This document shows positions 25,219-35,808 of a DNA stretch of 64,000 bases, piece by piece. The number at the start of each line of letters is the position of its first letter. Within the stretch, counting starts at the first letter, position 1. The DNA is taken from assembly GCF_009834535.1 (NCBI RefSeq), contig NC_045697.1, forward strand, positions 15,626,001 to 15,690,000, written 5' to 3'. Both the position numbers and the translations under genes were made by a program. Origin of the DNA: Camelus ferus (lineage: Eukaryota). The notes beneath the pieces were generated by a model that made no database searches, was not told where the DNA came from, and saw only the letters and a list, made by a program, of their open reading frames with translations.

Positions 25219-26587
25219 TCAGTGTCCACGTTGGGTAGATCCACGGATAACGTTCACAATCTGAACAGCCTCCCCAGAGGAAAGGCTCCGGCAGGTCCTC
25301 TGCTCTGCAGGTACCAGCCCTTCTGCTGAAGGGTGGAGAGCTGGGGGATGATCCTAGGAGAAGGCCCAGGAGGTCAGCTGAGGAGGCACTCAGGGGACAG
25401 GGGCAGCAACTATTCACTAAGCGCTAAGGAAGCACTTCAGCATTTTACTAACTGGCATGGTTGCACTGCTGCGTGTTGGCTGAATGCGAGCCCTGGGCAA
25501 ACCAATCCGTATGGGAAAGGATGGATTTTTAAGAAGAGCCTGGAGACAGAGAGACTATATATAGGAGCTCCAAAGATTTGAGCAATAAAAATGGAGGTCC
25601 AATCCGGCTGTGATAGTCATAAAGACAGAACAACCGAGACTCAAGAAATTGTGCAGAAAGCAGCTCAGGTAAGGCTCCTACTGCTGAGAACTGCCTTTTT
25701 AGGGGTTTAAGTTCATATGCTAGCATATTCTCCCATCCAAGGGAAATGCAATCAATTATGAGACGTTCAAGATGTCCAATTGGTATATTCAAGGCATTTT
25801 TTTTAAAAGTAGAGGCAAAAAGAGTAAAAATTGCCAGTTTAAAATCTAGAAGGTAAAGAAAATTTTCTGTTAAAATGCTAATGCATTTTGCACTGACAAC
25901 ATCAAAAATTTTAACTACTTCTGTGCCACAAAGGAGATGCTCCTTTTCCCCTAGGTTTTAAGCATGTCCATCTATGAAGCATGAATAATGGTGTGATGTG
26001 TCCTTGGTTTCTGGCCACGAGACGACCTTAAAATGATAGAACAGTATGAAACTGACAAATCTGGGAGCGCTCCTTTAAAGCTTCCTACTTTATTTAGCAG
26101 GTAGAAACTCTCCTTACCCTGAGGGGGTAGGTTGTGAAATTGATGAAATGTTGGGTTTCATCATTTTTAATCCCTTTCTACCAACTATGATCATCGAAGA
26201 CAGAAGCGTTCATCAATTTTAAGTGCTCCTCAAAGACACGCACCTCCCTCTCTCATGGGCTTGTGTGTGATGCTGTTTTGATGCCTTCTGTGGTATGGTT
26301 TTACCAATAAAAAACTTGCTGAGGAAAGGAGCAGGCATTAAGGAGTAAGTAGCATTGCTAAGTGCATCAAATACTCTCATAGAGCCAAGAGTAATAGATA
26401 AATCTTTCCAGCGTTCCTCTGAATATATGGTATCTAGTAAATATATTATCATTAGACATTTTGACACAGCTGGGATTATCTTGGGCAGTGGGGGAAGTTG
26501 GACGATTTCTAAATTTGGCAAACTGGTTTGGAGGTCAGTAGGATCAAGTATGGAGAAGTCACTAGGGTCAAGTATGACAAAATACAT
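25219..26587 (-). pseudogene. Candidate endogenous bornavirus-like nucleoprotein element (EBLN), disrupted; 3' boundary uncertain
   Basis: Manual translation gives collinear motifs resembling Borna disease virus N as I recall it: QLPPLPK~SLPKLPG; YCSIIL~CCSLLI; EVVKIFDVVSA~TLLQMFNPHEA; IIDCISLGWENMLAY~FMDQIKLVASYAQMTTY; ALPELLSAQFLE~TIPVVAYEIRDFLE; H..IGPPFL~HADLFPFL; LSPGSS*KSILSHTDW~LAPRSFPNLASAAFYW (identical L-to-W spacing). Not database-verified. Confidence 0.65.
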
Positions 26588-27355
26588 GAATTCTTCATGT
26601 ATTCGTTCACTCATTCATTACTTACTGAGCGTCCACAGTGTTCCAGCACACCTAACACCTATTTGACTGATTACTATGTGGCCATTAAAATGACTGGAAT
26701 ACTGTTGGTGATGTAATTCAGGGACAACCCAGAAACAAAGAAAGTACTGTGAAATGAAAAACCACAGAGAACACAGTTACACATGGCCACACAAAGTGAA
26801 ATGATAAAACGTGGTTCCATCAGGGTGCTGAAATTGTACTTTTAACATTTGCTTCGATGTAGTTTAATGAAATGCATCTAAACCCCAAATTTTAAAAGTG
26901 CCTTTAATTTTGCTTGCCGCCACAAAACACAAACTGGTGAACACACATCACATGTTTGCACTTCTGTGCCCCAAATCTTCATATACAGCTTGCCTGGTTA
27001 AATGTCTGGACTGTCCCATTAGGCCCAGAGCCAAGGGCACAGAAGACTTACAGGAGGTCTACAAAAATGTTTTCATGTCTTTAAAATCAGCAACATAAAA
27101 AATGAACTTTAAAGTCAAAGAACATGTCTTAACATGTAATATTCATCTTTTTTACCACTGCAGTCATAAGATATAACTTTGATGTATTTGTGTAGAGAAA
27201 GGGGTCCAGAGCAAAAAATTCCTAGGCCCAGGACAGTCACGATGCATCCCTTTCTGGTCTGAATTTCTTTCAAACAACAGCGAAGGCAATACCAATACCA
27301 CCCCCCTAATAACTTTTCATAACGTTTATTTTTGCAAAACAAAATATTTTGAATA

Positions 27356-27712
27356 CAGTCATCCCCCTACCCACAGAGGACTGATTCCAGGACCCCCTTG
27401 GATACCAAAATCTGTGGATGTTCAAGTCTCCTACGTAACATGGTGTAGTTTTTGCATAAAACCTAGGCACATGCTCCTGTACATTCATTTTCAGTCACCT
27501 CTAGGTTATTTACAATACCTAATACAAGGTAAATTCTATGTAAACTGTTGTAAAGACGATGCAAATCCTATGTAAATAGTTGGCAGCGTGAAGCAAATTA
27601 CGTTTTGCTTTTTGGAACTTTCTAGAATTTTTTTTTTTTAACTGAGTATCTTTCAGCCATGGTTGGCTGAATCGACAGATGTGGAACCTGCAAATACAGA
27701 GGGCCGAGGCTG
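27356..27712. mobile_element. MER2-type (Tigger family) non-autonomous DNA transposon
   Basis: ta|cagtcatcccc...ttccaggaccccc..ggataccaaaatctgtggatgttcaagtc...gaatcgacagatgtggaacctgcaaatacagagggcc..ctg; degenerate TIRs. Confidence 0.85.
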
Positions 27713-27761
27713 TGTTCTAATCTAACTGTAAAGTCTTAAATGATTACAGAATGCAACATAC

Positions 27762-27965
27762 CTTCAACGCCAGGCTTGAAAAAGTATTTGAAACATTGCA
27801 CTTAAAGCTCAGTTGTTTATCCAGGTTTCCATCCAGATCCCGCCTCCCGTAGTCAGAAAGGCCTGTGCGGTCAGCAGCTGCCACTTTCTGGAACACGGTA
27901 CACGTCATCCCAGTGAAGCCAGTAGCCTTGATGACATAAGCTTCCAGAGCAATATTGGGTGAATA
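27762..27965 (-). CDS. ADGRA3: ADGRA3 exon 12 (204 nt, GAIN domain)
   Basis: aag|...|gtatgt; YSPNIALEAYVIKATGFTGMTCTVFQKVAAADRTGLSDYGRRDLDGNLDKQLSFKCNVSNTFSSLALK. Confidence 0.96.
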
Positions 27966-30332
27966 CTTCAAAAGTCAATCAAACAGGAGTTATAAAAAGA
28001 TTTATAATACGGGGAAAAAGCACTTTCAAAGAGTTTCAAACACAAAACACTATACCTAAGCTAGAAGAGAAAGCTCAGGTTTTGTTCAGTAAAAACTGTG
28101 TAGGTAACTAACAGAATAAAAAAAAGACGCTGGAAATAAAAGGATGTCCTAAAATGGAAAGACACCGATGAAGAGGAAAAGAACAAGTCATGAAGTACGG
28201 AGGATCAGATACAAATGATTAGAAGACTCTGAAGAGTGCTTTGCAGTAAACTTTAAGCTGAACGTGGAAGTATCTTATTAAAAAAAAAAACACAAAACAC
28301 AGCTAGAGAAATCCGTGGAACCCCTCAATGATCATAATAAAGAGGATCGGGGTTGGGAAATACACTGAAAAGTTGCCCCGTTCAATGCTTCACACCATAT
28401 TCAGTTTTTCCTTTCACAAGGCCATCAAGTTAACTCATAGTATTGAGTTTCACCGATAAAATCTTTATAGAGACTCACTCCAAAGCTGCTTCCTCTAAAA
28501 AGGAAGGGAGGTGTTGGTCCAAAGAGTAATAAATGAACAGATTTTAAAAGCAAATTAAGTCAGAAAAGTTACCTGAGAAAGACAGCACCTGCCCCAACAA
28601 TTGTTTTAAATGCAAGCGTGAGACTGAACTCAGGGGGTCCACCAGAACTTCCGGCCCGTCGATACAAATAGCCAGTGCGCCCACATCTAGGGGCTGCTGC
28701 ACCCCTCCCATCTTTCAGAACCACAATGGACGGGGCACGGGAGGTGACATGCTGCCCAGTCTCTTTCACATCCAGCAAGAGAACAGGATTTGCTATAAAA
28801 TCTTGGGACAAGATGGTATCTCCTCTTCCTTAAGGATGATAAATTCTATGCCCACTATATAGCAAGGCACCATTCTCAGTACCCTATGTGGACAGAGCCC
28901 TCTTTTTAAATTTTCTTTAAAGCATAGGACTTTCATGCAAGGTGTCTAAAATCTATTAGGAAGATAAAAAATTTAAAACAGAACAAGGCAGAATTTTCCA
29001 AGTACCATATGTACAGTAGAAAAGAATTTGTGATTCTCCCAATTTTTAAGACTCAGAAATCTTTACATTAACTTTTGCCCAACAGATGACACACTCTGCA
29101 AAATCACTGAATGCAATTATACTTAAAAATTATATTCGAAATTTTTTATTAGTCAAAGATATGTAATTACTACAAACACGTGACTCTTTAGTTAAGAGAA
29201 AGAAAACTGCCCTCCTGAGGTGGCTTTGAAACTGTATCATAAGTAGAGTTTCCCAGAAACTTTTTTTATATTTTGAAACAGTGTGTAAATTACCCACGAC
29301 GCCCTTTAATATATACATCCTTGGGTTCTCAGAACAACCAAGGAAATTCTATGCACTGAGGAATAAGCAAGGGTGAGGCATGGGATTGAAAAGGGGCCTG
29401 AATGACCAGGGAGGCCCAGGTGTGGCCCTAAAACTAGCAAGCTCACTTCAAGGAAGGTCACGGGTCTGAGGGGCAACTACCCTGAACTATGCTGTCCAGA
29501 CAGGAGCCATGCTGGGCCTCCATTTTTATCATTCAGGAAAGTAATCCCAAACTGAACTGAGCAAAAGGAGCAATAAAACACAGTTATTATCAAAAAGGAC
29601 CCACTGGTCCAGGGGAAGACGGTAATCTTGAATTGTGTAAAATCACAGGAGGAGGTCTAGAACATTATTAGATGAACCCACTAAAATAGTTAGAAAGTGA
29701 AACTCAGGGGCCAGATCAGAATATGACTGCTACAAGAGAACAAAGCTTTATTTATCTTATTTACCACATGTTAAAACAAAAAAAAGCTAGCAATACACCA
29801 AGAAATTTAGAATGGTTCAATTTAGCACAAATAAAATATGATATGATGTAACACAGTAATTATTAAGCATAAATAACTCATTATGCCAAGAGTGGGATCG
29901 CCTGGAAAATGCCAATAGGTTCACAAGGGCTGGGAGAATCCCAGTTCTCTTCTGAAACTGAAACCTGGACAAGCAATCAAGCACTGTCTCAAAATTTCCT
30001 TCGGGGCCCAGAACACAATAGTGGCCAGGGAAAACGGCGGGTAGATGCCAGCAGGGCAATTCTGCAGTGTTCTCATTTGTGTTGTAGAAAGTTTCAAAGG
30101 AGGAGATGGTGGTAACTGTTCAAATTACAAATTAAGAAAGCATTTTCCAGTTACCAAGCAAACAGATTATTCAGACACAAAATTGCTTTATAAAATGTTT
30201 TGAGAAGAGGAAATTCTCTAATAATCAGAAGTAACAAAACACCCCATCGTGGGGAGGAGACCTATCTCTTTTGAGTTACAGTTCCCTCGACTGAGTTTTT
30301 CCCTTAGAATGGTGGGATAACGTCACACTTAC

Positions 30333-30494
30333 TGTTGAATACACATGAGCTCCATTAGCGAGTCGGTACGTGGCGATGCGCTGTAGGCACTGGACGATCC
30401 TACTGCAGGCCCTCGCCTCCCTCTGGGCCAGCCCCAGGACGCGCTCGTCAGCCAGCATGATGTTACTTGCGATGTCAACCATCACGTCACCAAG
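30333..30494 (-). CDS. ADGRA3: ADGRA3 exon 11 (162 nt, GAIN domain)
   Basis: cag|...|gtaagt; [54 protein letters not shown]. Confidence 0.96.
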
Positions 30495-32710
30495 CTGGCA
30501 GGTGTGCAGGAGACAAAAGGAAGATCTTTAAAGCCAATACAGGCAGCTTTACAACAAAATCCTAGTGAGACACCAGGATTGGCCTTCAGTCTAAATTTTC
30601 CCATGAAAACCCAATAGGCACTTGACTTGTTTTTCATTAAAACATCTCCAGATACGAAGAGCACAGTCAAATTATGACCAGTTGGTAACATTTAGCTCAA
30701 AGCAGTGCACTTAAGTAACCACCAAATTACTGGTGAGAAGACTGACGTGTAGTACTCAAACCGATGGGGGCGTGGGGGGAGGCAATTATATGAATCAGGG
30801 GAACGGAAGAGACATCACGTGATTCCCAGCATAAAAAGATCTCAGCTGTGATGGAAAAACACTTATAAACATATCTTTTTGCCTAAGTCTTACTTAATAT
30901 TATTATTGAGAAATATACACGGGCTACACCTTCGGTACACCGTCATGGTCAAATCCCTAGGCATGTCCAAGTACTGAGAGTTCCCTGTACGCACTGGGCC
31001 ATCACATGTGTCTGTGTACGTACAGTTCCCTCTACCTTGAATGAGCTTCTTCCCATCCTCCCAACTCAACGAATGCTTTAAGACCCGGAACCATGAAATA
31101 AATGGACCCTAAGAAGTGCTCACTTTCCCCCCTACCTTTTTATTTATTTCATTTACTGAATTCTTTTCAGTAGCTCAGTTCATCACTTACAGATGTAAAC
31201 ATCTGTCAGGCAACACCAGTGGCATGTCGATTTGCCACTGCTGATGGTGACTTGTCTGTCCTATATCAGAGAAGTGCGCCCGACAGTCCAGGCTGATGAG
31301 ACATGTGGTTGTTGAGAGGGTCTGCTATTGAGCAAGCTATTCCTGAGAGGGAGAGCCACGGCAGAAAGAACACAAGCATTCCAGAGGCATCTTTTAAATC
31401 AGAGGATTTACAAGCTGGCTGGTTCTCTAACCAAGAAGTAAGCATCAAAGCCCCAAAGCCAAGCCAGAGAGCCAAGGCTGTTTCAGCAGATGCCTTTTGA
31501 TCATCCCAGAAGATCCAGGCTGAGCTTTTTCACCCTGTCCTGCCTCCAACACTCTTCCCAGGGTGTATAATTATGAGGGCTGAGGAGGGTTTGGAAAAAG
31601 TTCAGTCCATTGCACCCATGGTTCTCTTCAGGAAGAAGACAAGCCTGCGGAAATCCACCAAATCCCAGCCCCGGAGCCGTGGAGTGAAGCAACCACAGGA
31701 TGTGAGGGGAAAACACACAACTGCACATCCTGACCACGAGCAGGGGTGGCCATGGACCCTCGCATCTTCCTTTATTTCAAAAATGGGGATGATAACCCCT
31801 GCCTTTTCTGAATGTTTCAACAATTGGCTTGCACTAATAACTATAAGGTTCCTGAAACCATGCCTGAACACGGCAGGCACTCAAAGCATAGCTCTTTTCG
31901 TTATTTTATTGCTCCCCCCACTTCTTTTTTTTTTTAAACCATTTCAATCCCAAAATAAGCCTCTCTTTGAGGATGACAGGCTCTAAAAGAAGTGTTAAGA
32001 GAAGTACATTTTTAAAGTCTTTATTTCACATATAAACAGGATCAAGGAATCCAGCAAAACTGCCTCTTCCCCCTCTGTCAAGCCCCACCACCTCATCCAA
32101 TTAAAATACAGTTAACTGGCTACATACTGCCCTCACCATCGTGTGTCACAATTCTGTCCTTATTTTAACTCCAATGTAAACATATGGAGGGCAGGGACAG
32201 CACAATATGCTACTTATATTCATACCTTTTTTCATTAGTGTAACTCCTCCTATAAAAGCCAACAGCTATACAGTATCTATTTACTAACTAAATATTTATT
32301 GAGAACCAAGGTGAGCCAGACACCGTCCCAAGTGAAAAAAAACATAAAAGATCATATTTCAGGACTTTGTGTTGAGTAAAGAAAATATGTAACCAATAAG
32401 TAAATACTTTTTTCTTTAAAGTGACTAGGTTGTGATACCTGCAATAAAAAAGTCATATATAACAGATAATAATGGAATTTAATCCAAACACCCTATTTTA
32501 ATAGACTCACATATTCTCAAGACGCATTGCACCCAAACCCAAGACATTAACAAGACCAACTGACAAAGAATTAGGAAGAGCCTATAATCAAACTTTGTAG
32601 AATCCTGTGTCTGCTCATTTGACACAATTCATGCAAACATCAGCACCCTAGAACACATTCCTAAAAACAAATAGGTAAGGGGATAAATTTCATTTTAACA
32701 GAAGCCCTTA

Positions 32711-33230
32711 TGTGATAGAAAAGAACAAATCTGACTCCACATTAGATTTGTTCCTTTGGCTGTAACTTTGTGCTTTGTTTCCCAGGCTTAGTCTTGTTGG
32801 TTCTGAACCTTTTGTAAAAGAATGTTGCCTAGAGCCTGAAACACACAGGAGAGCCCGTTCTCAAGGCTCTGACTTTTAAGGGCATTAACATTTTCCCATT
32901 CACATAAAGATAAAAGTTGCAGAGGAGAAAACAACACTTGTTTTGTTGGAGGTTTACAGGGACACCGTGACCCGACCCACGTGGACAGCTGCAAGAACAA
33001 AGGATTCCGACACCAAGAAGTGCGCAACAAGCACAGCCCCTCCCCTTTTTAGTAGCATAAAAGGAGCCTGAATCCTAACTGGGGGGCAGATGGTTCTCTA
33101 GGACATTAGTCAGCCATCTTCTCGGTCTGCCGGCTTTCCGAATAAAGTCGCTATTCCTTGCCCCAACACCTCGTCTCCTGATTTACTGGCCTATGGTGTG
33201 GCGAGCAGAACGAGTTCAGACTAGGTAGCA
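32711..33230 (+). mobile_element. ERV1-class solo LTR, full length
   Basis: TG...CA ends; 4-bp TSD ctta/gtta (one mismatch); TATA-like cataaaagg near 33056; AATAAA at 33141; U5 resembles the MER41-group. Confidence 0.85.
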
Positions 33231-35628
33231 GTTACCTCTCAGTTACGGAGGCAGGCAGTGACCCCTGAAGGTGTCAATCAGCCACTTAGACACCAACTAG
33301 AATAATGACTGCCACCTCTTAACGGGAATCCAGAGCAGCTGGAATCATCCGGTTACATTTTCATCTCTTATTCTTACTGATCGTTATCTCAAGTTTATGT
33401 ACAAAAACAAACAGGTGAAAGACTGATGCAGTAAGACATGCTCTAAGGTATCAGAAAAGAAATGACCACTGGTTGCAAAAAGCTTAAAAGATAAACTACA
33501 GGAAGATACCGATTCTACTCTTAAGGCACTACTGAAATATTTATGAAGCGTTTAAAAAAAATAGTTTCATAATATTTTTTGAAGTTTTATATGTACGGAC
33601 TTTATGAAGACCCAACATAAGACCTGACTGACACATCACCTCTGCTGAAAAACTATGGTTATTTTTTGATAAAAGAATTATTGCTATGGGTCACTAGAGA
33701 ATGCCAGTAATGGAATTTCACATGTGTTAATAACCGTAAAGAAAAGAAGTGTCTCTAAGAAGGGAGAGAGCTAGCAAGAGTGATTGTCTTAGCTGAGAAC
33801 AAGCTATTTTTCTCATTATTTCATTACAAATGGCTAAGAACCAAGGAAAGGGATTTGTGGCCAAAATATTCCCTAGAGTAGCTGATCGTGAAATATTACA
33901 TGCTTCTGTGGCCTGGTTACGGAAGTTGTTCTGAATCCTTCACAGTGGCCAAAAAAAAAAAAAAAAAAAAAAGGACACAAAAAGGATAACAGTGCATGAA
34001 AAATTACACTGGTTAAAAACGTATTCCTGAAATTTGACACACAAATATGGTTTAATAACTGCAACCAGCCTTAGGAAGCACCGTATTTCTCTCTGACTGC
34101 ACACCCTGAAGGCCAGTCCAGCCACAGAAGGGTCAGAAGGAGTGATGTACCTGCTCCTGCATCAGTCACACTGAACACTGAGCGATCAAATGAAAACACA
34201 CGTGAATGCACTTTATCCGAGATAAAACGGGAAAGAAACAAAAATACCACGTTAACAACAATGAAACCGTTAAATGTCATCTGTTGTAAGAGACAAAATA
34301 TTTCATGTTCTTTTCAATATTTATGTTTGGAATTCAGGTCAAAATTAGATCAAAATCATCTGTAAATTTCATGAATTTCTGATGTTAGTTTATGAAATAC
34401 ACAAGATAATACATCAATTAAACTTGATATTTAATTTTAATGTAATAGGAGTATAATACAACACTGCAGGCAGAATACTTATGTGCCCTGGAGTTAAATA
34501 CACCTGGGATAAGGTTTCTCCCCTCCCTTACAAGTTAGATGTCCATGGCAAATAATTTTCTCCAAGACTCAGTTTGCCCACTTATAAAATGAGACCAAGA
34601 ACTCTATGAGAAGGTGCTCCAAATGTCTCACTTCATGGTAAATTATGGGGCAAAAAAATCAGAAGGCAAATATCTTAAGTAATTCATGCAGTTTTTGAGA
34701 AAAGCCAAGAGCTCTAGGCCCCTCCCCACCTTTATGTTTTCAAGCACAAATCATCAGAGGGTACCCCTGGCAATTCTAATCACCAGAAAAGCAAAAAAAC
34801 CAAAACCAAACAAACAAAAAAAACCCCTGAAAACCTCAGGCTGAGAACTAATTTCAAAGTGACCCCCTTACCCTGGTGTTGTCCCTCAGCCCTTAGCAGA
34901 AGCACAAAAATATCACATTTCTTGGTGACATAATAGACCATGCTCACAAAGACCCTGCATCACTAACATTAACCAACGTTCTTCTGCAGGTCCTCCCCAA
35001 TGCAGAACTAAGAAAAAAGGATATATTTCACACAGGAACAAACCAACTGTTATTTACTGGTGACATAATTGTCTGTCTGGAAAATCCCACATAACCAACT
35101 GCAAAATTATGTGAATGAATTCCATAAGGTAACCAGACTCAAGGTCCACATTTTTTAAAAAAACTATAATCAAAGAAAACTGCATATGGACTAGGTATTT
35201 AACTGTTATTAAGCACTTAGAGCTCATTTGGGTGATATAACAGTATCATGGTCCTATTTTAAAGTTCCTCATAATTTAAAAAAATTACAGATGAAATATG
35301 ACATCTAAAATTTGCTATTCAATGTTCCAGCATTGAAAAAGAGAGACAGAAAGACAGACAGACTTTCAGAAAGAGAGAGAGAGGAGGAGGGAGGGACAGT
35401 AGACAAAGGAAATAATAGGACAGGACAGATGAAACAAGACTGGGAAATCCTGAAAACTGCTGAAAGCTGGTGAAAGATGTAACACAGGTATTACTAGTAA
35501 CATTTCTTCCCCTATGCTTTTGGAATTTTCCAATTAAAAAAAAAAAGTTTTTGAAAAGTTTTTAAAAAGTTAAACCCAAAGAGAACTTTTTTTTAAAAAG
35601 CAAGAGAAGGATAGAAAATGAAGATACT

Positions 35629-35808
35629 ACCGTGGTTCTCAAAGCCTGTGCCAAAGACACGCTGCCTAGTTATCACCTGGAACTTGGCAGAAATGCAAAT
35701 TCTCAGACCCCAACACAGACCGACTGAATCCGAAACATGGGAGGGTGGGCAATCAATCTAACAAAACTTCCAGGTGACCCTGATGTACACAAGTTTGAGA
35801 AAATCACG
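35629..35808. mobile_element. MER5A (hAT-Charlie)
   Basis: gtggttctcaaa...atcacctggaacttggcagaaatgcaaattctcagacccc...agaccgactgaatccgaaac...ccaggtga..ctgatg..caagtttgagaa. Confidence 0.85.

Noticed and set aside
26244..26345. Resemblance of PFLSKFFIGKTIPQKASKQHHTQAHERG to filovirus NP ([27 protein letters not shown])
   Set aside because: Single short motif; downstream sequence lacks the filoviral NP motifs and fits bornavirus N collinearly. Kept only as an alternative for the profile search.
26355..26716. Plus-strand ORFs 26355-26666 and 26528-26716
   Set aside because: Antisense shadows of the minus-strand open segment; no recognisable product
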